A stretch of DNA of 56,322 nucleotides from a bacterium (GTDB lineage: Bacteria; JAJRZV01): NCBI GenBank assembly GCA_024275095.1, contig JAJRZV010000074.1:1-56322 (forward strand). Direction: 5' to 3'. The position numbers and the translations under genes are program-made. Under the pieces are notes generated by a model. It saw nothing but the letters and a program-made list of their open reading frames with translations. It had not been told where the DNA came from and made no database searches. This document shows, piece by piece, positions 37,832 through 48,545 of this stretch. The stretch's first letter is position 1, and every line of letters begins with the position of its first letter.

Positions 37832-37907
37832 ACCCCCACACACCCCACCGCGACTGAAACCTCAGCATTGAACCCCGAATGTCCAATGTTGAGACCAGAC
37901 CCCGGGG

Positions 37908-38546
37908 CTATTTCTTCAGCAAATATAAAGTTTGTGCGTGAATAAAAGAGAGTACCCGCTTCTTTTTCAGAGTATTAAGACCGGCCTTTAGAATCATCTC
38001 CTTTATATCATCCGGATCTACGAAAATAATTGATCCCTTTCCTTTAACACGGCGCCAGCTTTCGTGCACCAGGTTCTTCTCATAAACCGATATAATCACA
38101 AACTCCCTGCTCACACGTGCTGCCTCTGTCAATATCTCCTGTGCATGTTCCCATGCCTCCAGGTGATGCAAAAGCCGCAAGCAAAGAACAGCTCGAAACA
38201 TGTTGTCTCTGAATGGTAATTCGTGCGCTGAACATCGAACGCGGAATCTGTAAAATGCAGGCAGAGCTCTCAGCATGTCCATAGAAAGATCTGCGGCAAC
38301 AGGGCGGCCTGCCTCAGGAAAAGCAGCAGCCATTCTTCCGTATCCAGAAGGCACATCCAGAATCAAATCTCCCGGAGCCAAAAACGAGAACCACTGTTTT
38401 ACAATTCTTAACTCGCGTACGTGGAGTATGCGCTGATCCGGGGTCCTGTAGCGCCTGAGTGCATATTTTTTCACCTCATCCTGACCAAAATCCGAGCCCA
38501 GGAGATCTCTGTAAGAGCCAACTTTTTGATCGTTTTTATTATTCAC
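37908..38546 (-). CDS. Class I SAM-dependent methyltransferase
   Basis: ILDVPSGYGR, ADLS..ML, LPF, LLHH. Confidence 0.85.
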   Translation of the reverse strand: MNNKNDQKVGSYRDLLGSDFGQDEVKKYALRRYRTPDQRILHVRELRIVKQWFSFLAPGDLILDVPSGYGRMAAAFPEAGRPVAADLSMDMLRALPAFYRFRVRCSAHELPFRDNMFRAVLCLRLLHHLEAWEHAQEILTEAARVSREFVIISVYEKNLVHESWRRVKGKGSIIFVDPDDIKEMILKAGLNTLKKKRVLSFIHAQTLYLLKK

Positions 38547-39957
38547 TGGTTAAGAGATTGTAAATTTCAGCAGTACGTATTACCCTGCGCGAGCCGGTGT
38601 CCAGATTTGTTACTACAGGTACGTGCATATGTTCCCTGTGCAATGAACCATGAGTGGCCAGATGTTCAGGAATTTCAAATTCAGCTGCGCGCAGGTCATA
38701 TCCTGGTTTTGCCGTAACCAGCACATCACCACACCTTGAAGATTCCAGAAGCTGAACCGCGGCAAACGGAGCGTCAGGATATTCTGTCCAGGCTGTCTCC
38801 TGTAAAATGCCCTCAGGAGATGCCTCCACATTTTTCCCCAGGCGGAAAGGATCTCCTTGAATACGTCTGTAAATAATACGCCCGTCTTTTATGCCCACCT
38901 CCGCGCAACCTTCTCTGCTGAAAACCGTAAGCCTATCCCTTCCCGAACGCACCAACACCTGGTCTACTTCCTCTCTCTCAAGGAGCAACTCCACAATACC
39001 GGAAGATTTTATCTCGGTGGGTGACGGCGGACTGTTCCAACCGTTACTTCCTCGAAGGTATATGTGCGACATGCCATTTCCAGAAATCATATTGATAATT
39101 TTTGGATTTCTCCAGGCCCTGAAAGTTTTGGGATAATAAAACACACCTTCAAAGGACTTTTCCAGCAAGCGGTCGAGATCCAGATGTGTATGTGTATGCG
39201 TAAGGCCATGATCAGAAGTAACTGCAAATTTAACATTCGCATATCCTTCTCGCCTTGCTTCTGTCAGTATCCTTCCAAAAAGGGTATCAAAGTTTTCATA
39301 AGCGTGTTTCACCTTGTCTGAGAACGGATGTGAATGATGTGAAAGTTCATCCACTGCTGGAAATACAGCGTGAACAAAATCAGCTCCCCTTTTGATAGCC
39401 TGAACTACATAGGCAGCCGCCCTTTCGTCCGTTTTCAACCACTCACCCGTCAGCCTGCCGTAAGGTGTCAAGTATACACGAATGAAATACCCCAGACGGT
39501 ACTTTACAGGTACACCTCGATTAACACTGGCAAACACTGTAAACGGCCGATTAAAATGATCGTATATCAGTGGCACGTCACGTGCGAGGTCCACATCTAT
39601 AAGAAATGCACCAAATCCCACATAACTGCGATACTTTACAAAAGATACTTTTTTGCGAGAAAAAACTTCCCTGTTGAACCATCGAATACCAGGCACATTA
39701 CAGCGTCCCGGAAAACAACCTGTCAGCATGGGCAAATGCGCGGGACCCGTGGTGGAAGGAAACGTGGTGATACCCAGAAGTGGTTCGGCAGTAGAGGCTT
39801 CCTTCTTCAGGTGAGGTAATTTTCCTGCTGCGAAAAATTCGCAGAACAGGTCATACCTCGCACCATCAAGAACGATAAGCAACGTCAGGCTTTTCACAGG
39901 TGGTGAGTATAAATCGCCTCTTGTTTTGACGTAAAGGTCCACACGCTGTAAACTCAC
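38539..39957 (-). CDS. Alkaline phosphatase superfamily (nucleotide pyrophosphatase/phosphodiesterase) protein
   Basis: LDGAR, FPSTTGP (Thr nucleophile), DELSH, TSDHG, HGS. Confidence 0.85.
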   Translation of the reverse strand: MSLQRVDLYVKTRGDLYSPPVKSLTLLIVLDGARYDLFCEFFAAGKLPHLKKEASTAEPLLGITTFPSTTGPAHLPMLTGCFPGRCNVPGIRWFNREVFSRKKVSFVKYRSYVGFGAFLIDVDLARDVPLIYDHFNRPFTVFASVNRGVPVKYRLGYFIRVYLTPYGRLTGEWLKTDERAAAYVVQAIKRGADFVHAVFPAVDELSHHSHPFSDKVKHAYENFDTLFGRILTEARREGYANVKFAVTSDHGLTHTHTHLDLDRLLEKSFEGVFYYPKTFRAWRNPKIINMISGNGMSHIYLRGSNGWNSPPSPTEIKSSGIVELLLEREEVDQVLVRSGRDRLTVFSREGCAEVGIKDGRIIYRRIQGDPFRLGKNVEASPEGILQETAWTEYPDAPFAAVQLLESSRCGDVLVTAKPGYDLRAAEFEIPEHLATHGSLHREHMHVPVVTNLDTGSRRVIRTAEIYNLLTSE

Positions 39958-39962
39958 GGGTT

Positions 39963-40976
39963 ATGAAGAAAAACTACACCAGGGGACTGGAAAAAGAAGG
40001 AATTTTTACTCTGGTCATGCCGTCTCCTTTTCCCCAGGTAGAAGATATTCGAGCTTACCTCATTGATGCAGGGGGCAAATGGTTCATGGTGGATACAGGT
40101 GTTAAAACACCCGATGCCCGTGAATCTCTTTTCAAAAGAATGGAGGAAATCGGCGTAAAACCGGAAGATGTCACAACAATATTCATCACTCACCACCACA
40201 TTGACCATGCAGGTAACGCCCGCCTCATTGCAGAGAAGGGAGGCGGCAGCATTTATATCCATCCTGCAGAAGGTGAAAAAATCGAAGAAGAAAAAGGACC
40301 TCTACTGTGGGAGCGCAGTAAGGACACTTACGGAGAATTCTTTCGAAAAATTGGTATGCCGGAAAGTGTTATAAACTTTCTCAATTTTTTCGACTCCAGA
40401 TTTGACCAGTTCATAGACCTCATACCACGCCACCTCATAAAACCGGTGCATCCCGGCTCAGAATACCGCATTGGCGATTGCACCATCCGCGCTCTCAATT
40501 TTCCAGGCCACACTCCAGGTATGATTAACTATTTTCTCGTAGAGCGAGGGATACTTTTTTCAGGCGACCATATTATCAAAACCATTACCCCCAATGCCCT
40601 GCTGGAGCTTGATGAGAAAGGTAATACAAAAAAAGCATTGATCTCGTATATGAATTCTCTGGAAAAAACCTGTGAACTCAAGATCCGCATGGCACTTTCT
40701 GGGCACGGAGACCCTGTTACGGATATAGAGGAGCACGTGGAAAAGCTGTTCCAGTTCTACGAACGTCGCAAACAAAGAGTCCTTAAAGCCCTCGAGGAAG
40801 CTGGTCCCATGAAGCTTTACGATCTCACTCTTACGGTTTTTCCCATGGTGCGGTTATACGACATTTACCTGGCTGTATCCGAAGTGCTGGGACTCATCGA
40901 ATTGCTGGAATGGGAAGACCGCGTACGCCGTTTTGAAAAAGAGAGTTTTGAATACTGGGAAATTACAGGAAACTGA
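39963..40976 (+). CDS. MBL-fold metallo-hydrolase
   Basis: THHHIDHAG, PGHTPG, FSGDH, GHG. Confidence 0.9.
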   Translation: MKKNYTRGLEKEGIFTLVMPSPFPQVEDIRAYLIDAGGKWFMVDTGVKTPDARESLFKRMEEIGVKPEDVTTIFITHHHIDHAGNARLIAEKGGGSIYIHPAEGEKIEEEKGPLLWERSKDTYGEFFRKIGMPESVINFLNFFDSRFDQFIDLIPRHLIKPVHPGSEYRIGDCTIRALNFPGHTPGMINYFLVERGILFSGDHIIKTITPNALLELDEKGNTKKALISYMNSLEKTCELKIRMALSGHGDPVTDIEEHVEKLFQFYERRKQRVLKALEEAGPMKLYDLTLTVFPMVRLYDIYLAVSEVLGLIELLEWEDRVRRFEKESFEYWEITGN

Positions 40977-42168
40977 ACAGCTCCCCCTGGTATGGCTTGT
41001 TTTTTCGCGCAGGTGTTCCACCGGTGACAGACTCTCTGGAAGCAAGGGGTTTTCCTTTCCACGTGCTGAAAGGCCCCGCCCTTTTCAGATCAACACCCAC
41101 GCACTTCAGGTCTTCAGCATTCCGTATGAAATTTCTGTGCGAAAGCAATTTACTTGCTGTGGCAGGACCTATTCCAGGCACCCTCAACAACTCTTCCTTT
41201 CCGGCCCGTGAAAGTTCCACGGGGAAAAAATCTGGATTTCTCAGAGCCCACCAGGTTTTGGGATCGATGCTCAGCGGAAGATTTTCTTTTACCCCGCTGA
41301 ACAACTCTTCTGGCCTAAATCCGTAATGTCGAATAAGGCTGTCAGCCTGGTAAAGTCTGCGTACTCTTACCGGCAGATCCGGCTGTTCACGAGGCAGACA
41401 CGCATCCTCCACCACTCGCCTGAAAGGAGAGTAGTACACTCGTTTGAGGCCCAGCTCTCGATACAGTCGGTAAGCCATCTTAATGTACTCAACGTCCCGA
41501 GCGTAAGTGGCTCCGACCATCACCTGTGTTGTTTGTCCCGTGGCATACACCAGTGATCCCCCTCCTCCTTGCCTCTCACCTATCAGGCGCGCAAGCCTGC
41601 GCATCACCTGAAACATGTACGCATGGCTTTTAGCGGGTGCAATGCGTCTCAGCCCTTCTTCGTCAGGACACTCCAAATTGATGCTTACCCTGTCAGCATA
41701 CCTCACGGCTGCATCTACAAGTGAAACGTGTGCACCGGGTAAAATCTTCAGGTGGATATACCCGGTGAAATTCCATCTTTTGCGAAGAAGCCACGCAGTT
41801 TCTATCATCCGCTCCATCGTGCGTGTGGGATTTGAATGAACGGCAGAGCTGAGGAAAAGACCTTTAACAACTCCCCTGCGGTAAAGACCCGCTGTAAGTA
41901 AGGCTAACTCCGCGGGTTGAAAACTCACCCGTGGCACATTCAGGCGCCAGCGGTTAGTGCAATACGCGCAGTCATGACTGCACGCATTTGTAAAAAGCAC
42001 CTTGAGAACGGGCATTACACCTCCCGGTGTCTTGGCAGGATAAACAGGCAGGTGCTTTAAAGACATACCCTCCGCACACGGGCCACATGCATCAAAACGC
42101 GCGGCCATACCCAGCAGGAGCATCTTCCCTTCCAGTGACTCATACCTTTTCTTCAACACTTCTGCCAT
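40963..42168 (-). CDS. Putative DNA modification/repair radical SAM protein (TIGR03916-like) with HhH motif
   Basis: CSHDCAYC, GLFLSS, GYIHLK, RLYQAD.L.R.YGF, LLRVPGIGP. Confidence 0.88.
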   Translation of the reverse strand: MAEVLKKRYESLEGKMLLLGMAARFDACGPCAEGMSLKHLPVYPAKTPGGVMPVLKVLFTNACSHDCAYCTNRWRLNVPRVSFQPAELALLTAGLYRRGVVKGLFLSSAVHSNPTRTMERMIETAWLLRKRWNFTGYIHLKILPGAHVSLVDAAVRYADRVSINLECPDEEGLRRIAPAKSHAYMFQVMRRLARLIGERQGGGGSLVYATGQTTQVMVGATYARDVEYIKMAYRLYRELGLKRVYYSPFRRVVEDACLPREQPDLPVRVRRLYQADSLIRHYGFRPEELFSGVKENLPLSIDPKTWWALRNPDFFPVELSRAGKEELLRVPGIGPATASKLLSHRNFIRNAEDLKCVGVDLKRAGPFSTWKGKPLASRESVTGGTPARKNKPYQGELFSFL

Positions 42169-42660
42169 ATGCCATATATTTTACCATACATATATACACG
42201 GTGAATCACGCAAATTTATCCCGGGCTCGCAGACGCACAACCGACGACCATCGCATCGGGAAGCACCTGTAGACGCAATTCCAATCAATGCACAAAACAA
42301 AAATAGAACCACCCCCTTCAAGTAAAAAAAGACAACCCCTGCCCCCTGGAGCTGTAAACATCAATAAGGTTTTGTCCCGAGCCAGAAGACAAAATATCAA
42401 TTGCCAAATTTTGAATGCAATAAACTTAAAGCTCACCAGACCACCACCAGGAATGGTGCCTGGACATGCTGCTCAGACAGGTGCAGTTCCAAACATCCCC
42501 ATCCTCAGAGCAAAAAGAGTGAAATTTTTATTTTAATTTTGTACCCGAATAATTTGGTGACAAATGAGGTTGAATCAGTTATATACAGATGAAGGTTTAC
42601 GGTCTGTGAATCAAAGTATAAAATAAAAAAAGAAGAAAAAATTAACAGGTCAGGTGAAGC

Positions 42661-43596
42661 ATGGGTGAAATAGGAATAATCATCAACAAAAACGCAAAAC
42701 GAAACAAAAAGGACCCTGGTGTGGTGGATCGAGTGAAAGATATCGTCGGCCGGCACGGCATTGTGGAGGTTACAGAAAAAATCGAGGACATCAGTGAAAG
42801 TGTGAAACGATTCATCGCCGAAAGGGTGAAGGTTATCGGCATATCAGGAGGAGACGGCACGTTTCATCAAACCATCACCCACATCATCAATACCTATCGT
42901 GACAGAGCATTGCCATACCTGATCCACCTCAAACAGGGAACCATGAACACCATCGCCCGGGGTTTTCACATTCGACAGAGGCAGGATGAAATCCTCCACC
43001 GCATCCGCTCCTACATTGAAGGGAAACTCATCTCTACCCCGAAAGTTGTGGAAAGACCAACGATCTGTGTGGAAGAAAGATACGGATTCGTATTTGGTAC
43101 CGGTCTTCCGGCGAATTTTCTCCAGCTTTATTATCAGGGAAAACTGCGCGGGCCTCTTAAAGCTCTATATATGATTATCCGGGGGGTCATCTCCCATATA
43201 ATGGGCACTGGATACGCAAAAAAAATCACACAGCCCGTAGAATGTCGCATCGAGGTCGATGGTCAAAGGGTCAGCGAAGGCCCCCATACAGGCGTGCTTG
43301 TTTCCACTGTTGCGAGCATGGGATTGGGTATGAAAGTGGCATACCGGGTGGAGCAATATCGTGACCGTTTTCAGGTGCTTGCCGCATCGGTGAGCCCACT
43401 CAAGCTGGTATCTCGAATACCGCGCTTTTTGTTGGGTCTTCCGCCCGCTCTCGAAGGTATTGTTGACGAGCTCGGTACCCATCTTCACCTGAATTCCCGC
43501 AAACCGGTTGTGTATACCATTGACGGCGACATGTACACATCGGAAGGGACACTGGACGTCACCATAGGACCAGTGGTAAAAAGTCTTACAGTATGA
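42661..43596 (+). CDS. Diacylglycerol/sphingosine kinase family protein
   Basis: GGDGT, GTMNT, YTIDGD. Confidence 0.85.
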   Translation: MGEIGIIINKNAKRNKKDPGVVDRVKDIVGRHGIVEVTEKIEDISESVKRFIAERVKVIGISGGDGTFHQTITHIINTYRDRALPYLIHLKQGTMNTIARGFHIRQRQDEILHRIRSYIEGKLISTPKVVERPTICVEERYGFVFGTGLPANFLQLYYQGKLRGPLKALYMIIRGVISHIMGTGYAKKITQPVECRIEVDGQRVSEGPHTGVLVSTVASMGLGMKVAYRVEQYRDRFQVLAASVSPLKLVSRIPRFLLGLPPALEGIVDELGTHLHLNSRKPVVYTIDGDMYTSEGTLDVTIGPVVKSLTV

Positions 43597-44453
43597 AATA
43601 TAAAAAGTATTCTCAAAAGCTGCTCCCAGTGGTGGTCATTTTTGCATTTGTGTGGAGCGGTTGTGCCACCATAATACAGGGGTCATCCCAGGTCGTGAAA
43701 ATAAAATCCGAGCCTCCAGATGCAGCTCTATATGTGGACAATGTTGCTCAGGGTAAAACCCCTGCTGAAGTTTCCCTCACCCGTTCCGAAAATCACTACG
43801 TTCAGGTCAAAAAACCGGGTTACAAAAAAGCAACTGCATTGATTGAGAAGAGATTTTCCCCGTGGTTTCTCGGGAATTTCATTTTTCTGAGCCTGTTCTG
43901 GGTCGGAATGATTGTTGACAGCGTCACGGGAGCCATGTGGAAACTGGAACCTCCTGAGGTACTTCTCAAACTCGAAAACGTATCTGGAAACACTGCAAAC
44001 AAAAATCCTGTGCCAGCTGGTAAGGCTGTGAATATCGCTGTGCTGGACCTTTTCCCGGGAACGGGAATTGAAAGAGAAAAAGCACGGTTTCTTTCAGATA
44101 TATTGCGGTCATTTTTAGCGAATGATAAACGGTTTACCCTTGTCGACAGAAACAACATGGAAGCCATACTCAAAGAACAGGGTTTTCAAATCAGTGATTA
44201 CTGCGACAGTTCAGAATGTTCTGTGCGAGTAGGCCGACTGTTGGGCGTGGAAAAGATGGTATCGGGTACCATCGGCCGGCTTGGAGAAAGGCTGATGGTT
44301 ACCCTGCAGATACTCGATGTGGAGACAGGTCGCATAGATGCTGCTGCTGAGAATTCGTGCAATTACTGTTCGGAAGAAGACCTGCCCGAGCTGCTGCGTG
44401 AGTGTGCTCAAAAGATGGTGGACAAATATTTCTCTGGCCAGAGTTCCAACTAA
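43593..44453 (+). CDS. Lipoprotein with PEGA domain and CsgG/FlgO-like C-terminal domain
   Basis: WSG-C lipobox; SEPPDA.LYVD...GKTP; LVDR..M..ILKEQ...VGRLLGV. Confidence 0.75.
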   Translation: MKYKKYSQKLLPVVVIFAFVWSGCATIIQGSSQVVKIKSEPPDAALYVDNVAQGKTPAEVSLTRSENHYVQVKKPGYKKATALIEKRFSPWFLGNFIFLSLFWVGMIVDSVTGAMWKLEPPEVLLKLENVSGNTANKNPVPAGKAVNIAVLDLFPGTGIEREKARFLSDILRSFLANDKRFTLVDRNNMEAILKEQGFQISDYCDSSECSVRVGRLLGVEKMVSGTIGRLGERLMVTLQILDVETGRIDAAAENSCNYCSEEDLPELLRECAQKMVDKYFSGQSSN

Positions 44454-44529
44454 ACCCTTCCTGAAACCCGAGAAGACAGAAGAGTAAAATGTAATTATAA
44501 TTGCGTATTTCATACACGGAGCGAATGCG

Positions 44530-45540
44530 ATGGCAAAAGCAATCGGGCTTATTTCCGGGGGACTTGATTCTCTCCTGGCAACCCTTATCCTCAAGGAACA
44601 GGGAATTAACATCATCGGGGTAAACTTTTATACAGGCTTTTGTATTACCGAGACTCGCAAACGCAAAGGTCTTCCGGCACGCAACCTTCCTGCAGAAACA
44701 GCGGAAAAAACGGGGATCGAACTTCGCATTATTGATGTTTCTGCTGAATACATGGAGATTGTTACGAGACCACGGTACGGATACGGTAAAAACTCCAATC
44801 CATGTATTGACTGCCGCATACTTATGCTCACAAAAGCCCGGGAAATCATGCTCAAGGAAAACGCAGACTTTGTTTACACGGGTGAGGTGGTGGGCGAAAG
44901 ACCCATGACTCAAATGAAACCACAGCTTATGCTCATTGAAAAAGAGGCAGGGCTCCAGGGTTATCTGTTACGGCCTCTCTCTGCAAAACTGCTTCCTCCC
45001 ACGATCCCGGAGAAAGAAGGCATTGTGGACAGGTCAAAACTCTACGCAATAAAAGGGCGATCACGCAAGCCGCAAATGAGGCTGGCGAAAAAATTTGGAA
45101 TCGACGATTACCCCCAACCTGCAGGTGGCTGCTGTTTTCTCACAGACGAAACCTTTGCCAGGCGTTTTTTTGATTTAATGACCAGAAAAACCATTACCCG
45201 TGTGAGCCACGAAGACGTGGTGCTTCTCACGACGGGCCGCCACTTTAAGCTGAATGAAAAAGCCAGGCTAATTGTTGGAAGGAATGAAGTGGAAAACAGA
45301 ATACTTCAGCAATATGCATCTCACAGAATCATGCTCGCCCCTGTCAACGCACAGGGTCCTGTAGCTCTTATTGATGGAGACGTTACGGAAGAAGATATTA
45401 AACGCGCAGCGTCCTTTCTTGCACGCTACTGCAAAGGCAGAGAGGGAATTTTCGTGGAAATAATCAAACGCGGAGAGCCACCATTCTCCATCAGCACCCA
45501 TCCGGAACGTCCCGAAGTAGTGGAATTATTCATGGTCTGA
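44530..45540 (+). CDS. PP-loop tRNA sulfurtransferase (ThiI/MnmA-like, DUF814-associated type)
   Basis: SGGLDS, NPCIDCR, TGEVVGERPM, PAGGCC, GRHF. Confidence 0.8.
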   Translation: MAKAIGLISGGLDSLLATLILKEQGINIIGVNFYTGFCITETRKRKGLPARNLPAETAEKTGIELRIIDVSAEYMEIVTRPRYGYGKNSNPCIDCRILMLTKAREIMLKENADFVYTGEVVGERPMTQMKPQLMLIEKEAGLQGYLLRPLSAKLLPPTIPEKEGIVDRSKLYAIKGRSRKPQMRLAKKFGIDDYPQPAGGCCFLTDETFARRFFDLMTRKTITRVSHEDVVLLTTGRHFKLNEKARLIVGRNEVENRILQQYASHRIMLAPVNAQGPVALIDGDVTEEDIKRAASFLARYCKGREGIFVEIIKRGEPPFSISTHPERPEVVELFMV

Positions 45541-46230
45541 CTTTTTTACTGACTTCAGGTACACAGGCCCCATCGCGTTAACAAGGCCACCACTTATTCC
45601 ACCGGCAAAACTCTTCGAATGCGTCACATCAGGAATAAATACAGAGCGATAACCACCCCACAGTGAAACACACCATCTTAAACGACGTGAGAAACACCAC
45701 GTTACCTCGGCACGCCACCTCCTGGATTTACCCCATGTGTCACTACCTGTGAGCTCCCGGATATAAGGAGCATAAGAATATTCAATATCCAGCCACACAC
45801 TGTAATGATAGAGGCGGTCACGACCTATTTGTGCGGGCGTCAGGGGAAGTGCAAGGCCGGCGGTGAGTGAAAAAGGTTCCAAGTACAGAGCCTTCCACCT
45901 GTACCACTCAAGAGAAAGGACGCTGAGATTGAAATATACACCTGGAACAAAAGGTGTTCCTGCTCCGGCACCCATACCGGCACTGCCGCCCTGTATCATC
46001 AAGCCGGAATCGCCGGCAAAAAGATAGATGCCTCTACCGCGGTAAAACATAAAGGAAGAGCGCTTTTCAACTTCTTTATCTGCTCCGAGCACATGGCCAC
46101 TCGCCAACACACACATGACCAGACACAAGCTTCCCGCCAACAAATTCAAACTTCGATTTTCGACGTTTAGCCAATCCGTTTTTTTAAAAGGCACTGCAAG
46201 CAACCTCATCGGAAAACCAAAAATCAACAC
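45526..46230 (-). CDS. Hypothetical exported protein (start uncertain)
   Basis: 234-aa ORF filling the gap; aromatic-rich, beta-strand-like C-terminal half. Confidence 0.45.
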   Translation of the reverse strand: MLIFGFPMRLLAVPFKKTDWLNVENRSLNLLAGSLCLVMCVLASGHVLGADKEVEKRSSFMFYRGRGIYLFAGDSGLMIQGGSAGMGAGAGTPFVPGVYFNLSVLSLEWYRWKALYLEPFSLTAGLALPLTPAQIGRDRLYHYSVWLDIEYSYAPYIRELTGSDTWGKSRRWRAEVTWCFSRRLRWCVSLWGGYRSVFIPDVTHSKSFAGGISGGLVNAMGPVYLKSVKKSDHE

Positions 46231-46424
46231 CTGCTTCGACCGCTTCAGGTACAGGCACAGGACATATTAAAACCAGAGCAGCGTTTTTTAAAGAAATAAA
46301 ACTTTATACCCGGAAATACGCCTACTCCCCCGTTCCCCCACGTTACAAAGCGAATCCTTGACTTTGGTTAAGTGTAATGCTATCTCACTGGTATAATTGA
46401 ATAAACTTCACCGGAGGTTAGAAG

Positions 46425-47945
46425 ATGAAAAAAGGAATTTTTATTATGTTGCTATGTCTTACCGTACCTCTCGTAACATCTGCGGATGAAGCCATTGTAT
46501 TTGAACACGATGGATATTACAGAATATACGGGCATTACCTGCGCCACCTGGATCAACGTAACAATATTAACAATGTAGGATTTCTGGATATGAGGTTTCG
46601 CTATGAGCCCATATTTAAACTAACAGGTTCTATTTCGATAAAAGCACAGATTGATATGCTGGATAATGTTGTCTGGGGTTACTATCCTCCAGGAGACGAA
46701 TTGAGCGTACTCGAAAACACTCCCAATGACTACGGCTTAGAAACGATTGGCGAGAGTGCACCCGATGGAGCACTCAGTAATCTTTATGGACCTAATGGAA
46801 GTTCTCGCAACATTAACGTAAAGCGTGTATGGATCGAGATTGTTTCTTTTCTTGGAAAACTCAAAATAGGAAGAACCGACTCACATTGGGGAATGGGTAT
46901 TTTTGAAAATAACGGAAATGAGTACACAAGAAGCGCAAGGTTCCTGTCCCCCACACCGTTTCACCAGGAATGGGGAACGAGCCGTTTTGGAGATACAAGA
47001 GACTCCATCCTGCTGGCCACCAAACCTCTCGGCCGTGACAAACCCTTCGTCCTCGCACTTCGTTTCGATGTCTTCAGTGAAGGGAGCGTTTACAGGCCCG
47101 GAGATGACGAGGACAGGTGGTCAATTATTCCTCTTTATATGGACCGGGAAAGAAATATTTATGCAGGAGCTTTTATCAGCTACCTCAGACAGCCCTCCTC
47201 CGATACCCACATAGCCATATTCGACCCTTATGTAAAAATGGCAATGCCGTTCCACAGAAACTTAAACCTTGAGGCAGAAGCGACGGTTTTCCTGGGCAAA
47301 ACCGGCTTTATGCAGGGTAATACAGGTGAGCTGGGATATAGAGGTGGCGATCTCACTGTAAAAGCTGTTAATGCTGTCGGTCGCATCAGCTACAATCTTC
47401 CACCCCTCAAGTTTCTTACAGAAGCAGGCTACGCATCTCCGGAGAAAAATGGTTTCGAAGACGGAGAGCTTACGGCCATACCTATGGATCCGGATTTCAA
47501 TATAGCATTGTTGATGTTTGATTATGCCTCTGCTTATTTCGCAGGAATGCTTGTTGACCAGAAAAATCTGCCGGCCAATCTTTCCCGTCTCATCCCTTCC
47601 GATGGAGCTATAACCAACGCATTGTGGGGACGTTTTCAGATGAAGTTCGCTCCTGTGGATACTCTTTCCTCCGCGGTCCAGGTTGTCTGGGCCCAGGGAC
47701 TGGAGCCACTCCTTACACTTTATGGAGATACATTAAACGTAAGAGGCGTAACACCGGCCAAGCACTACGGCTGGGAACTGGACTGGAACTTTAAATTCGG
47801 TTTAGGAGAAAATCTCATGTTTGACCTTCAAATGGGTTTCCTGTGGCCAGGACGGGGCATAGGCAATTATTTAAGCGAAGATGGCACCACAAAAAGAAAC
47901 AGCATGATTTTCGGTCTTACCGGAGGATTAACCGCCTATTTTTGA
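46425..47945 (+). CDS. Outer-membrane beta-barrel protein (porin/alginate-export-like)
   Basis: GGAGG RBS, signal peptide, LKIGR...WGMGI..N.G, YGWELD, terminal AYF. Confidence 0.75.
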   Translation: MKKGIFIMLLCLTVPLVTSADEAIVFEHDGYYRIYGHYLRHLDQRNNINNVGFLDMRFRYEPIFKLTGSISIKAQIDMLDNVVWGYYPPGDELSVLENTPNDYGLETIGESAPDGALSNLYGPNGSSRNINVKRVWIEIVSFLGKLKIGRTDSHWGMGIFENNGNEYTRSARFLSPTPFHQEWGTSRFGDTRDSILLATKPLGRDKPFVLALRFDVFSEGSVYRPGDDEDRWSIIPLYMDRERNIYAGAFISYLRQPSSDTHIAIFDPYVKMAMPFHRNLNLEAEATVFLGKTGFMQGNTGELGYRGGDLTVKAVNAVGRISYNLPPLKFLTEAGYASPEKNGFEDGELTAIPMDPDFNIALLMFDYASAYFAGMLVDQKNLPANLSRLIPSDGAITNALWGRFQMKFAPVDTLSSAVQVVWAQGLEPLLTLYGDTLNVRGVTPAKHYGWELDWNFKFGLGENLMFDLQMGFLWPGRGIGNYLSEDGTTKRNSMIFGLTGGLTAYF

Positions 47946-47986
47946 GCAAGAAACGCAAATTATGAAATTAGTATCGCTGCGTGAAA

Positions 47987-48400
47987 CTATCCTTTCTCAA
48001 CCAGTTCAATCAGTACACCGTTCATTGACGAGGGATGAATAAAAATGTAGGCAACGTCTCCTACTCTTACCGGTTTATCCGGGATGAGTTTCACGCCCTG
48101 AGACCTCAAATGCTCAATCAGTGCATCCAGACCTTTCACTTCAAAGCATATATGATGTATTCCCTCACCCTTCTTTTTGAGAAAGCTATCTATTGGACCT
48201 GCAGCAGCCGTTGCCTCAACCACGTGCAACTGCGTTTCTCCTATCTGTGCAGCTCGAACGCGCATGTTCTCCCACGGGAGCTCCCACTGGAGGTCAAAAG
48301 ATATTCCGAGTAACCGCGAATATTTCTCTGTCACTTCTTCTGCATTGTGGACAGCATGAACAACCTCGAATACTCTTGTCACTCTGAACTTCTCACTCAT
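47987..48400 (-). CDS. VOC family protein, methylmalonyl-CoA epimerase-like
   Basis: FLKKKGEGIHHICFEV...FIHPSSMNGVLIELVE. Confidence 0.82.
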   Translation of the reverse strand: MSEKFRVTRVFEVVHAVHNAEEVTEKYSRLLGISFDLQWELPWENMRVRAAQIGETQLHVVEATAAAGPIDSFLKKKGEGIHHICFEVKGLDALIEHLRSQGVKLIPDKPVRVGDVAYIFIHPSSMNGVLIELVEKG

Positions 48401-48545
48401 AGCATCCTCCTTTTACAGAGTCATAAGTACGACATTAAACGCGACCGGTGCTTTCTTCAATAATTTCTGGTTTCTTTATTTTAAAGTATTTTCAAACCCG
48501 TTTTTTTGATTATAATTCTGGAGACACCATAACGTGGGGGACATC

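Noticed and set aside
37512..37871. 119-aa ORF
   Set aside because: It is a translation of REP-like repeats (SLRGSEATEAIS-type peptide)
42206..42660. Small ORFs or riboswitch in the 490-nt divergent intergenic region
   Set aside because: No recognisable motif, RBS-supported ORF or convincing aptamer fold
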